This document shows positions 8,647 to 18,579 of a stretch of 40,745 bases of DNA, one piece after another (the stretch's first letter is position 1; every line of letters begins with the position of its first letter). A program made the translations under genes and the position numbers. The notes beneath the pieces are model-generated. The model made no database searches. It was not told the origin of the DNA and worked only from the letters and a program-made list of their open reading frames with translations. Source of the DNA: Coleofasciculaceae cyanobacterium SM2_1_6 (GTDB taxonomy: Bacteria > Cyanobacteriota > Cyanobacteriia > Cyanobacteriales > JAAUUE01); contig JAAUUE010000002.1 of NCBI GenBank assembly GCA_012031635.1, forward strand, positions 1 to 40,745, read 5' to 3'.

Positions 8647-10698
8647 ATGACCAACAGCTTTCCCAATTTTCAGCCCCAAGGCTATCAGGTAATTCGTGAG
8701 TTGGGACACAATCACAATGGTGGACGGGTTACTTATCTGGCGATTAACCTAGAGGCAAACGCCCCTGCAATCCCTGAGCCAAACCAGAGTGCCTGCGCTG
8801 AGCGGAGCCGAAGCACCAGAATTGAACTGAGCCAAAGCGCCTGCGCTGAGCCAACCCAGAGCGCCTACGCTGAGCCAAACCAGAGCGCCTGCGCTGAGCG
8901 AAGCCGAAGCGTCGTCATTAAACATTTCCAACTCCACCAATCCTCTAGTTGGTCTGGCTACGGGGCGATCGATCGAGAAATTCAAGTCCTCCAAGGCTTG
9001 AACCATCCGGGCATTCCCCGCTATCTAGATTCCTTCCCCACCGAAACCGGGTTTTGCCTCGTCCAAGAGTACAAACAAGCCGAATCCCTTGCCCAAGCCC
9101 GGAGTTTTGCCCCAGAGGAAATTAAACAGATTGCCGTCGGCTTACTCGAAATTTTGGTCTATCTCCAGCAGCGCTTACCCTTTGTCAGTCATCGAGATAT
9201 TAAACCAGAGAATATCCTCGTAGATGGGGATTTACGGGTTTTTCTGGTGGATTTTGGGATTGCCAAAGTGGGACTAGGGGAAGCAACTACGGGCACTGTG
9301 GCTAAGGGAACTCTGGGGTTTATGGCTCCAGAGCAGTTATTTAATCGGGAAGTGACAGAAGCCTCGGATCTCTATGGTGTGGGGGCTACCCTGATTTGTT
9401 TGGTGACGGGGACAAAATCTAGTGAGATTACCGATTTAATTGATGACCATTACCAGCTAAATTTTCAGCATTTGGTTCCCCAGTTGAGCCTGCGTTGGTT
9501 GGAATGGCTAGAACGGATGGTGACGCTCCTGCCCAAGTATCGTTACCGTAACGCCGCCGAAGCTCTGGCTGCCTTGGAGCCGATCTATGTCACCAGAACC
9601 CCAGAGATTGTGTGCAGTGAGGATGTATTGGAATTTCGGGCCGAAAAACTGGGGCAGAAAATTACCCAGTATTTAACAATTCATAATTTCGTTCCCGAAA
9701 CTACCTTGCGGGGTTCCTTAGCGATCGCTCCCCATCACCACGATCGAGATAATTATTTAAATAATTTGCATGATTTAAATAATTTGCATGATTTAGATAA
9801 GCGTGATCCCAATTATGCTCCAGACTACGATCTTAAGCATGATCTTAACGATGCTCAATCCCGGTTTCCATCTCAGCATAGTTGGATTCGCCTGCCTTAT
9901 ACTGAGTTGAATGGGAATCGATCGATGGTCAAAATCACCGTAGATACCAGCAAGTTAATGGCGGCGGCTCTCTACGAGCGGGAGTTAGAAATCATGAGTA
10001 ATGCTAGTCCCGCAGTCCAAAGGGTAAAAATTCGGGTGAAAACAGCACCGATCCCCGTCCCCACCAAGAAATTACCCGCCCTGTCTTTATTTCTCCTCGT
10101 ATCCTTGGGGGTGATCGCTGCTTGGCTAGAGGCGATCGCTTGGGGAACAATCATTCAAAAGCACGGCAGTCTTGGCTTGGCAGTGGCGTTATTTATTACC
10201 ATGATTATTGCCTTGTTTGGAGGCATGATGGCGATCGCTGGGAATTTATTAACGAATTTTATTGGGAAGATTCGCCGCCAGTTGAAGATTTCCTACCAAC
10301 AAATTGATGAAATTTTAGTCTTTACCCTCGCCAGTGGGGCGGCATTTTCTGCGGCTCAGTTTGGTAGTTTTTTCCGGGAAGAAGCGGTGTCGATCGCTGC
10401 CCTCGCCATGGTAGATGCGGCAGTATTTATGACCATGTTTATTACGGGTAAAATTATTAAAATCAACCGCCAAAAAGGGTTTAATCAAATAATTTCTTTG
10501 GTGGTGACGCTCCTGTGTTTGGGCTTGGGGATCAGCATTGGTCTGGGGACAAAGTTGGGTTGGGGTAATCCTTGGGTGCTGGGAGCGATCGCCGCCACAA
10601 CTATTCCCCTCGCCGGAATTTTCTTCTACCCGCCCCTTGAGCGAAAGTACCGGATCGATCGCTACCGTCAAAGCGAACGCCATCTGATCTCTCCCTGA
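8647..10698 (+). CDS. Ser/Thr protein kinase with a C-terminal multi-TM domain
   Basis: The Hanks kinase motifs VVIKHF (catalytic Lys), HRDIKPENILV, DFGIAK and GTLGFMAPE are present. The C-terminal ~200 aa contain several hydrophobic helices. Confidence 0.85.
   Translation: MTNSFPNFQPQGYQVIRELGHNHNGGRVTYLAINLEANAPAIPEPNQSACAERSRSTRIELSQSACAEPTQSAYAEPNQSACAERSRSVVIKHFQLHQSSSWSGYGAIDREIQVLQGLNHPGIPRYLDSFPTETGFCLVQEYKQAESLAQARSFAPEEIKQIAVGLLEILVYLQQRLPFVSHRDIKPENILVDGDLRVFLVDFGIAKVGLGEATTGTVAKGTLGFMAPEQLFNREVTEASDLYGVGATLICLVTGTKSSEITDLIDDHYQLNFQHLVPQLSLRWLEWLERMVTLLPKYRYRNAAEALAALEPIYVTRTPEIVCSEDVLEFRAEKLGQKITQYLTIHNFVPETTLRGSLAIAPHHHDRDNYLNNLHDLNNLHDLDKRDPNYAPDYDLKHDLNDAQSRFPSQHSWIRLPYTELNGNRSMVKITVDTSKLMAAALYERELEIMSNASPAVQRVKIRVKTAPIPVPTKKLPALSLFLLVSLGVIAAWLEAIAWGTIIQKHGSLGLAVALFITMIIALFGGMMAIAGNLLTNFIGKIRRQLKISYQQIDEILVFTLASGAAFSAAQFGSFFREEAVSIAALAMVDAAVFMTMFITGKIIKINRQKGFNQIISLVVTLLCLGLGISIGLGTKLGWGNPWVLGAIAATTIPLAGIFFYPPLERKYRIDRYRQSERHLISP
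8774..8910. repeat. dispersed-repeat insertion (GAGCCAAACCAGAGCGCCTGCGCTGAGCG(G/A)AGCCGAAGC units) kept in frame inside the kinase N-lobe
   Basis: The near-identical units encode PNQSACAERSRS...SQSACAEPTQSAYAEPNQSACAERSRS. The GAGCGGAGCCGAA core recurs at 38345-38415 in non-coding DNA. Confidence 0.7.
9759..9794. repeat. 18-bp in-frame tandem duplication (NNLHDL x2) in the kinase linker
   Basis: AAATAATTTGCATGATTT occurs at 9759-9776 and again at 9777-9794. Confidence 0.9.
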
Positions 10699-10726
10699 TC
10701 CCAGATTAGCAATCACCATATCTAAA

Positions 10727-11056
10727 TTAAGCGATCACAATTTTTGTTTGAGCCGGAAATTCTGGTCTAGGTTTAGGAATAACCCGAATTTCTACATCAC
10801 TGCCGAGAGCATTCAAGAATCTAAAAAGCCGCTCAGTTGAGAACCCAGAAAGTTTCCCATGTAAGAGAGCAGAAACTTTAGGCTGATCAATCCCCAGAAT
10901 ATTTGCTACTTCAGTTTGAGTTAAGTTTCTAGCATTAATCAAGCTACTAATTTGTCGGACAAGTTCGGCTTTAATCAACAATTCATCAGGATTTGCCAAT
11001 CCTAAATCTGCAAAAACATTACCACTAGTAGCCTGTACCTTAATTTTCTCACTCAT
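10727..11056 (-). CDS. XRE-family HTH antitoxin (HigA-like)
   Basis: The HTH reads LTQTEVANILGIDQPKVSALLHGKLSGFSTERLFRFLNALG. It lies 2 nt downstream of a Gp49/RelE-like toxin gene. Confidence 0.8.
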   Translation of the reverse strand: MSEKIKVQATSGNVFADLGLANPDELLIKAELVRQISSLINARNLTQTEVANILGIDQPKVSALLHGKLSGFSTERLFRFLNALGSDVEIRVIPKPRPEFPAQTKIVIA

Positions 11057-11058
11057 TT

Positions 11059-11439
11059 TTAACTATCCTCTAAACGCTGTTTGTGGTACTGAGCGTAATG
11101 CTCCTTCGCTCGTTTTAGCCGTGTCTCGATCACTTCCATATCTTGTTTTGGGGTGGCAATTCCATGCTTAGATTTCTTCTGAAATGCATGTAGCACATAC
11201 ACAACTTCTTCAAATTTAATTGTGTACACTGCTCGATAAGTGTCCCCATCATAATCCTGAATAACTTCCAGAACAGAGGATCCTTTAAATCCCTTGAGTG
11301 GTTTTACCCTTAGATGTTTTTCGCCACATTGTGCCAGATAAAGTGCATACCCCACTGATTGTTGAACATCTTCTGGAAATTCCTTCAAATCGTCAAGGGA
11401 ACTAGCAATCCATTCAATTGGCTTTGGATAGGAGTTCAT
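11059..11439 (-). CDS. type II toxin, RelE/ParE superfamily (phage Gp49-like / HigB-type)
   Basis: The motifs W...S.L.DL..FP..V....G..L...Q.G......KPLKGF...VLE......G..YR.VYT..F...VYVLH.FQKKS are typical of Gp49-like toxins. The toxin-first order with an XRE partner supports the call. Confidence 0.8.
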   Translation of the reverse strand: MNSYPKPIEWIASSLDDLKEFPEDVQQSVGYALYLAQCGEKHLRVKPLKGFKGSSVLEVIQDYDGDTYRAVYTIKFEEVVYVLHAFQKKSKHGIATPKQDMEVIETRLKRAKEHYAQYHKQRLEDS

Positions 11440-11534
11440 AATACAATCATGCTACTTCTGGCATAATATATCAAGTTAGACAACATCCTAATTGCAATTC
11501 TGATTACCCTCTACATCAAGGTGATAGCTAGAGC

Positions 11535-13335
11535 TTAGGCAGGAACTTCAAACTGGATATCACCTCCTAAATTAAAGGCGGAATGGATCACCTGTAAAGC
11601 CCGCACTCCCTCATCTTGTGCGACTACACAACTTACCTTGATTTCGGAAGTCGTGATCATGTAAATATTGATCTGCTCCGCAGCTAGGGCTGCAAACATC
11701 CGGGCGGCAGTACCGGGATACCCTACCATCCCCGCACCGACAATACTCACCTTGGCGATCGCTCATCTACCACCACTTCACTACAGGGCAGCATTCCCCC
11801 CAATTTTTGCAAAATCTCTTGGGCGAAGGGAGCATCTCCCTGATGGACGGTAAAGGCAATATCACGGGTAGGGACATCCTCGATTACCCGACAGCGTTGA
11901 GATTGAATAATCATATCCACACTGATATTTGCTTCCGCAAGGGCGTGGAATAGCTGGGCTGCCATGCCGGGACGATCGGGAACGTAGCGGAGGGCTAATT
12001 GGGCTTGATTTAAATCCAGAGCCACGCCCCGGACAGCAGGAGCGATCGAAGCTGGGGCTGCCACGGGGGTCATGAGGGGGGAATTATCTACCTCAAAGCT
12101 ATCACAGAGAGCCTTGATCGCTCGATCGGCTTCAGTCTCAGCAATGATGCAACTAACCTTGACTTCAGAAGTAGTGATCAATCGGATATTTACCCCCGCC
12201 GCCGCTAGGGAATTAAACATTTTGCAGCAATCCCCGGTCTGCCAATCATCCCCGCTCCCGCGATCGCAATCTTGGCAATATCTTTCTCCACCATCACTTC
12301 TACGGGAGTAGTTGCCTCTCCCTGCAAACTAGGAATAATCGCCACGGCTACGGCTTCGGTGCGTTTGGCTTCGGCTCTGGTGACGGTGCAGGCAATGTCG
12401 TTGGTGTTACCTTCGTGGATGGATTGAATGATTAGGTCTATATCAATATTTTTCTGGGAAATTTCCCCAAACAGATGGGCAGCAATACCGGGGCGATCGG
12501 GCACTCGCCAGAGGGAAACTTTTGCTTGGTCGAGGTCAAATTCCACGGCATCCACGGGACGAGTTAACTCCAAATCTGTGAGGGGACGAGCTTGGATCGG
12601 GGGACACAGAACCTTGGTACCAGGATCATCACTCCAGCTAGAACGAACGACCAAATCTACCCCATAGTTCCGGGCAATCTCCACGGCGCGGGGATGGAGA
12701 ACCTTTGCTCCTAAACTTGCCAGTTCTAGCATTTCGTTAGCGGTGATTTCCCGGAGGAGTTGAGCATTGGGGACAAGACGGGGATCGGTGGTGAGAATGC
12801 CGGGAACATCGGTGTAAATCTCGCAGTAGTCAGCTTTGATGGCAGCAGCTAGAGCCACGGCAGAAGTATCAGAGCCGCCCCGACCGAGGGTAGTGATCTC
12901 TAGTTCGCTAGTGTTGCTAATCCCCTGAAACCCAGCAACAACAATCACTTTTCCTTCTTGGAGATGGCGCTGGAGGCGATCGGGGGAAATCTCCAATATC
13001 CTTGCCTTACTGTGGGCTGCTTCAGTAACAATCCCCACCTGCGCCCCGGTGAGCGAAATGGCATCCTGTCCTAATTCTTGCAGCGCCATGGTCAGGAGAG
13101 CGATCGAGACCTGTTCCCCGGTAGACAGCAACATATCCATTTCCCGGCGGCTGGGGTTGCTAGAGATTTCCTTAGCAAGGCTCACCAAGCCATCGGTAGT
13201 TTTGCCCATGGCTGACACCACGACTACAAGGGAATTTCCTGCTTTTACCGTCTGCTGGACTCGCTTCGCCACTGCCTGAATCCGCTCTACCGAACCCACA
13301 GAACTACCGCCGTATTTTTGGACAACTAACGCCAT
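11535..13335 (-). pseudogene. lysC: aspartate kinase (long cyanobacterial form with duplicated ACT domains), split into three ORFs by two 1-nt frameshifts that may be sequence errors
   Basis: ORF 12205..13335 reads [14 protein letters not shown]...[16 protein letters not shown] 11747..12220 continues [29 protein letters not shown] 11535..11750 continues (V)SIVGAGMVGYPGTAARMF. The junctions lie at a T4 run (12220-12223) and near 11762, and one extra base at each restores a single ~600-aa protein. Confidence 0.85.
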
Positions 13336-13738
13336 AACTCTTGCTTGCTATTACTTACTGCTCCTGCTGATTGCTTTGCAACTAATCTGCAAGTCTGCAA
13401 TCTTGGGGATATCTACATTTCTGCTGTTTTTGCGATCGAAACATAATTGATAATACTCCAAGAATGCTCATAATAAGGACGATTTTCTAGGTTCTCTGCC
13501 TAAAAACTCCCTAGCATCTTCGAGGAATTTAAATAGTTAACAATAATTAAAGACACTAATTTTGTTTGGCTCTCTAGCTAAAGGTATTGTTTTAGTTAAT
13601 TAATGGCAGCAGGTTTAGCGATCGGCAGAAACCTTAAGGATTGTTATAGGATGGGAGAACAGATCTAAATCTAAAGCAACTGCAATAGTTCAAGAGTTGA
13701 ATTTTATAGACTCAAAAAATAATAGGAAAATCCCAGAG

Positions 13739-14716
13739 ATGAATACCCGACTCATCATCAATCCCACTGCTGGCCCTGCCGAGAAACCTGATTTGTCAGA
13801 TGACATTGCCAATGCTTTGCAAACTCAAGGGCTTCAAGCAGAAATCTGCATGACTACACCCGATGAAGATGGGGAAGGGCTGGCTGCGGAGGCGGCTAAA
13901 GCGGGCGTTGAAATGGTAATTGTAGCGGGAGGCGATGGCACGATCGAAGCCGTAGCCCGGGGATTAAGGCATACTAAAACTGCCCTAGGCATCATTCCCC
14001 TAGGCACACGTAATAATATTGCCGCTAGCTTGAATATTCCCACGGATTTAGCACAAGCCGTCCAGACCCTAGCAGAGGGCGAGAGTAGTTTGTTTGATCT
14101 GGGCAAGGTAGGAGATTTTTACTTTATGGAAGTGGTGGGCGTGGGCTTAGAAGCTACACTTTTTCCTTGTGGAGATGAAGTTAAAGAAGGAATTAAAAAA
14201 AATTATTGGAATGCTTTCACCAATATCTTCTCCGGGATCAAAACTTTTTTGCAGTTCAAGCAGCACCGCCTCGTCTTACGCTTTGATAATAAAAAGATGC
14301 GTCGTCTCCGCACCTTGCAAGTCAATATCTGCAACAGCCCCCGCTACGGGGTCAACTTTGCCCTAGCTCCTGAAGCAAAAATGAATGATGGCAAGCTGGA
14401 TGTCATCTACATTGATAACCCCTCCAAATGGGATCATCTGCGCCACTTTTTTGGAGCGATGCGGGGTGAACGCCTGCCCCATGAACGGCTCAATAATTAT
14501 CGAGCTAAGAAGATTGAGATTAGAAGCCATCCACCGTTAGAAGTTCATGCCGATGGAGAGTGCCTAGGTACTACACCAATTACCGTAGAGGTCGTTCCCG
14601 CAGCCCTGCGGATTTGTGTTCCAACACCGGAGCTAATTGCCAAGTTTGTAGAGGAAAGTAACAGTAATAATTTGAACCAGCAATCGGCAACCATTGAGAG
14701 CGTAACTTTTCCTTAA
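13739..14716 (+). CDS. diacylglycerol/lipid kinase family protein (DAGK catalytic domain, YegS-like)
   Basis: The sequence LIINPTAG...VIVAGGDGTIEAVARGL....ALGIIPLGTRNNIAASLNIP fits this family. I prefer the ATG at 13739 over the TTG at 13697. Confidence 0.85.
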   Translation: MNTRLIINPTAGPAEKPDLSDDIANALQTQGLQAEICMTTPDEDGEGLAAEAAKAGVEMVIVAGGDGTIEAVARGLRHTKTALGIIPLGTRNNIAASLNIPTDLAQAVQTLAEGESSLFDLGKVGDFYFMEVVGVGLEATLFPCGDEVKEGIKKNYWNAFTNIFSGIKTFLQFKQHRLVLRFDNKKMRRLRTLQVNICNSPRYGVNFALAPEAKMNDGKLDVIYIDNPSKWDHLRHFFGAMRGERLPHERLNNYRAKKIEIRSHPPLEVHADGECLGTTPITVEVVPAALRICVPTPELIAKFVEESNSNNLNQQSATIESVTFP

Positions 14717-14768
14717 ATCTGCAAATATTTTCCTCGATCGCCCACCAATTTCAGTCCACCTAATCTCA

Positions 14769-14910
14769 TTTTTAATTTTGTCCTTTTTAATTTTGCCTTT
14801 TTAATTTTTGCCTTTTTAATTTTGCCTTTTTAATTTTGTCCTTTTTAATTTTGCCTTTTTAATTTTGCCTTTTTAATTTTGCCTTTTAATTTTGCCTTTT
14901 TAATTTTGCC
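14769..14910. repeat. about 10 tandem copies of a 14-15-nt unit TTTTTAATTTTG(T)CC
   Basis: Read directly. It occupies most of the gap between the convergent lipid kinase and PAP2 genes and abuts the PAP2 stop codon (14911-14913). Confidence 0.9.
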
Positions 14911-15582
14911 TCAAATTCCGCCAATCTGCACCAGTCCATACAAACAAGCTGCCAGCCAGATGCCCCCAGCCACCCAGCCACTCAGGACATCTGTCGGCCA
15001 ATGCACACCAAAATACACCCGACTAAAGCCAACTCCCAAGGTTAAACCAGCTACCAAGGGAGCCGTAATTCCCAAGGGAACGCTCAAAGATTGGGTCAGG
15101 ATCGCCGCCAACAGACCGTAAAAGGAAATTGCACTCATGGAATGACCGCTAGGATAACTATAATCCATTGGTCGCTTAGAAGAGACCCATAGATCCGGTC
15201 GTTTGCGCCGAAAGAAAGACTTAAATATCCAATTCAGGAACCATGAACCGCCTAGCCCGATCGCTAAGACTAGGGCAGCTACTGTCTCCTTCTGGTAAAT
15301 CAAAACCCCACCGATCACAATCAGGATTGGGATAGTTATTTGCCCCTGGGCTAACCAAGTTAGAGCGGTCATGTATCGATCGAGGGTCGGATTAGTCCAT
15401 GACCTGAGAGTTAACAGACATGATTCTTCTACAGGCAATAACCAGTCCCAGAGAAGGACACGGGCAAGAAAAACCCCCATCGCTAGGACGATCGCCCCCG
15501 CCAGTAACCCCCCTAACAGATAGGGCATAAAAGCAATGAGGGATTGGAACAACCAATAAAGGCGAGTGCTAACCTGTGCCAT
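14911..15582 (-). CDS. PAP2-family lipid phosphate phosphatase
   Basis: The three PAP2 motifs are present: KSFFRRKRP, PSGH and SRVYFGVHWPTD. The protein is multi-TM. The ATG at 15582 has AGGAG 8 nt upstream, and a TTG at 15588 is an alternative start. Confidence 0.85.
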   Translation of the reverse strand: MAQVSTRLYWLFQSLIAFMPYLLGGLLAGAIVLAMGVFLARVLLWDWLLPVEESCLLTLRSWTNPTLDRYMTALTWLAQGQITIPILIVIGGVLIYQKETVAALVLAIGLGGSWFLNWIFKSFFRRKRPDLWVSSKRPMDYSYPSGHSMSAISFYGLLAAILTQSLSVPLGITAPLVAGLTLGVGFSRVYFGVHWPTDVLSGWVAGGIWLAACLYGLVQIGGI

Positions 15583-15714
15583 CGGCAATCTCCTAATAAA
15601 TAGCTGTACATTTATAATTATATATAAAATCTCAATATAACCACCTTAATTAGGGTGATTAGGCATCAATGCTTCTCAGAAACACCTTCGATCGTAGCAC
15701 GACCATTAAATTAA

Positions 15715-17238
15715 TTAGTTACAAATTTCTTGGAGTTGTTGTTGCAATAAAGATAAATCTCGATCGCTACTATTTAACAAATAAAAATTAGCATTTTCTC
15801 CTACAAATTTCCGAATATACTGCCATGTACTAGAATTTTGATTAGTAGCTATTTTCCCATGCAAATAATTTACTAAATCTACTGCATAATTATAATAATT
15901 TTCTGCATCATACCGATCGCTAAATTTGGCGGGATTAACTAATAGGAACTTGAGAAATTCATCCATAAACCATTCAGGAATCGATACCCCTTCATACCAT
16001 TCTTGAGGAAATTGATGGGGATAATAGTAGAGCATCAAAATTAAAAAATAACCTATAAAGGCAGAATGATTAAATCCCCGATTCATGACACAAGTGGCAA
16101 TATCTTCTAGAAAATACTGCTCATCTCCTGTTAAGGGTTCATCTTTGATTCCTGTAATCGGTAGAATTTGCTGAACTTTAGCATAATCTCCACTATAGCT
16201 AGTCGCCACATCTTCCAAGGATTTACTAAACCAATGCTTAGCCAATTCTAGACGTACTTGGCGCAGAGCAGCGATCGCTTCCTTTGTCTCCTGACTACCA
16301 TGCCCTTGATCGATAAATCTAAAAGTATCTAACAAATTAGTTTGAATGTTAAGTTGATGAAATTGCACTCTCGTAATCAATACATCCCAACCCAAACTAA
16401 AGCGCTCTACCAAAGATAATTGTTGATAGCTAATAGACTTCCAAGCAATATCACTAAAGGCGGCGATCGAGACACAAAGCTCTGAGTTAGTTGCCTGAAA
16501 CCGTGAGGCCCCAACAATTTTCATCGCCCTTTGAATAGTTTCTTCGGTTCCCCAGTTACTCCAATTCCAGTTGCGATTGACAGTTACATGGTCTAAAGCT
16601 ATGGATTTACCCAAGAAAACCATTGCTGAGACAAATACATAATCTAATCCCGCAGGAGGAGACAAAGTTATAGCTTCCCAAATCTCTAGGACTTGCTGCC
16701 GTTTCATGATGCTATAAATAATGCCATTTTCAACAACTTGGCTGTAGTAGTGGATGACCCGATCTTTGCCTGAGTCTTCTGGCAAACTAATCTGCACACC
16801 CCGAAAGAGAAACTGCCCATCCTTAAAATAGTTTGGCACACCACCAACTAAACTATATTCTGGATAATTAATTAAGACTTTAAGGCACTCATAAATATAA
16901 TTCTCATCTAATATGTCATCATCCCCCAGCCACATAAAAAATGTCCCTGAGGCTTTTTCAACTACGGTGAGAAAATTAAGAATGGAACCTTGGTTTTTTC
17001 GTTGGCGGATATAGGTAACTCGATCGTCCACTTCACAAAATCTCTGGCAAATAATCTCTGTTTCATCCTCAGAGGCATTATCAGAAATAACTAATTCAAT
17101 ATTTCTGTAGCTTTGTTTGAGAACAGATTTAATTGCTTGGGTTATGGTTTTTGCCCCATTAAAAGTGGGTAATCCAATGCTAACCAGAGGCAATAAAGAA
17201 TTAGTTTCTGGAAAATCCATGTCTATGGTGGCTGGCAT
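15715..17238 (-). CDS. family 2 glycosyltransferase with a long uncharacterised C-terminal domain
   Basis: The N-terminus VSIGLPTFNGAKTI.QAI.S.L.QSY.NIELVISDNASEDET...GTFFMWLGDDD shows GT2 motifs. The remaining ~280 aa match nothing I recognise. Confidence 0.8.
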   Translation of the reverse strand: MPATIDMDFPETNSLLPLVSIGLPTFNGAKTITQAIKSVLKQSYRNIELVISDNASEDETEIICQRFCEVDDRVTYIRQRKNQGSILNFLTVVEKASGTFFMWLGDDDILDENYIYECLKVLINYPEYSLVGGVPNYFKDGQFLFRGVQISLPEDSGKDRVIHYYSQVVENGIIYSIMKRQQVLEIWEAITLSPPAGLDYVFVSAMVFLGKSIALDHVTVNRNWNWSNWGTEETIQRAMKIVGASRFQATNSELCVSIAAFSDIAWKSISYQQLSLVERFSLGWDVLITRVQFHQLNIQTNLLDTFRFIDQGHGSQETKEAIAALRQVRLELAKHWFSKSLEDVATSYSGDYAKVQQILPITGIKDEPLTGDEQYFLEDIATCVMNRGFNHSAFIGYFLILMLYYYPHQFPQEWYEGVSIPEWFMDEFLKFLLVNPAKFSDRYDAENYYNYAVDLVNYLHGKIATNQNSSTWQYIRKFVGENANFYLLNSSDRDLSLLQQQLQEICN

Positions 17239-17283
17239 AATTGGTGATGATTATTGGTTTTTGCTCACTACATCAGCCCCGGT

Positions 17284-18579
17284 TCAAATTCCTAAGCGCT
17301 GGTAGATAGTGTCTAAATTCCGTAAATGATGATTGGGATCAAAGCATTGGGCTAGTTCTTCGGGGGTGAGTTGGGCTTTGACTTGGGCATCTTGGCTAAC
17401 TAAGGCTCGGAAGTCGCCATCGGGTTTGTTCCAGGCTTGGTGGGCGCAGGATTGAACAATTTTGTAGGCAGTTTCCCGATTCATCCCCTTTTCCACTAGA
17501 GTCAGCATGACTCTTTGGCTGAAGGTGACACCACCGTATACTGTCAGGTTGCGCTGCATATTTTCGGGATAGACCAAGAGATTTTTTACTAAGTCAGTGA
17601 TTTCCACCAGCATGAAATGAGTCAGAATACAGCTATCCGGCATCGTTACCCGCTCGACGGAACTGTGGGAAATGTCCCGTTCGTGCCAAAGGGCTACGTT
17701 TTCGATCGCTGCTCCGGCGTTAGCCCGGATGATTCTTGCCATTCCAGTCAGGCGCTCGCTGCGGATCGGGTTACGCTTGTGGGGCATGGCGGAGGAGCCT
17801 TTTTGTCCGGGGGCGAAATATTCTTCTACTTCTAGAACTTCGGTGCGTTGCAGATGGCGAATTTCTACTGAAAAGCGCTCGATCGAGGCGGCGAGTAGAG
17901 CCAAGGCGTGCATAAAATCCGCATGACGATCGCGGGAGATAACCTGAGTTGAGGCTGTGTCTGGTTGCAATCCCAAGTTTTGACAAGCCAGTTCTTCAAT
18001 GCGGGGATCGACATTGGCATAGGTTCCCACTGCCCCAGAGATTTTTCCCACGGCAATAGTTTGAGAAATCCGACACAGACGCTCACGGTGGCGAAGAACT
18101 TCGGCTAACCATCCGGCTAACTTAAACCCAAAGGTAATGGGTTCGGCGTGGATACCGTGCGATCGACCAATCATCAAAGTATGGCGGTGTTGTTGGGCTT
18201 GGTAACGGATCGCCTGACTCAGGGCTTCGACCCATTGCAAAATCACTTCTAAACTCGCCACCATTTGCAGCGCAAGAGCCGTGTCCAAGACATCAGAACT
18301 AGTCATGCCCACATGGATATAGCGCCCTGCATCCCCCACATGCTCATTTACATTGGTCAAAAAAGCAATCATGTCATGGCGGACTTCTGCCTCGATTTCT
18401 AAGATGCGCTGGGGATCAAACTTTGCCTTAGCTTTAATCTCCTCCACCGCTTCGAGGGGAATATAGCCTAATTCTGCCTGCGCCTCGCACGCAGCAATCT
18501 CCACTTGCAGCCAAGTCTGAAATTTATAATCTTCCGTCCACAGGTTGCCCATCTCAGGCAGGGTATAGCGATCGATCAA
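17284..18579 (-). CDS. purB: adenylosuccinate lyase
   Basis: The sequence IDRYTLPEMGNLW...GSSAMPHKRNP... carries the fumarate-lyase signature, and the length is 431 aa. The start appears to be TTG. Confidence 0.95.
   Translation of the reverse strand: MIDRYTLPEMGNLWTEDYKFQTWLQVEIAACEAQAELGYIPLEAVEEIKAKAKFDPQRILEIEAEVRHDMIAFLTNVNEHVGDAGRYIHVGMTSSDVLDTALALQMVASLEVILQWVEALSQAIRYQAQQHRHTLMIGRSHGIHAEPITFGFKLAGWLAEVLRHRERLCRISQTIAVGKISGAVGTYANVDPRIEELACQNLGLQPDTASTQVISRDRHADFMHALALLAASIERFSVEIRHLQRTEVLEVEEYFAPGQKGSSAMPHKRNPIRSERLTGMARIIRANAGAAIENVALWHERDISHSSVERVTMPDSCILTHFMLVEITDLVKNLLVYPENMQRNLTVYGGVTFSQRVMLTLVEKGMNRETAYKIVQSCAHQAWNKPDGDFRALVSQDAQVKAQLTPEELAQCFDPNHHLRNLDTIYQRLGI

Noticed and set aside
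13336-13738. Lysine riboswitch or other leader upstream of lysC.
   Set aside because: I could not recognise any L-box-like conserved helices or motifs by eye. The region looks like an ordinary AT-rich divergent promoter region.
14769-14910. Possible CRISPR array (short direct repeats).
   Set aside because: The 14-15-nt units are contiguous with no spacers, AT-rich and non-palindromic. The 92-bp island repeats (22891-25172) are separated by 0.5-0.8 kb of gene-bearing DNA. Neither fits CRISPR geometry, and no cas genes are present.
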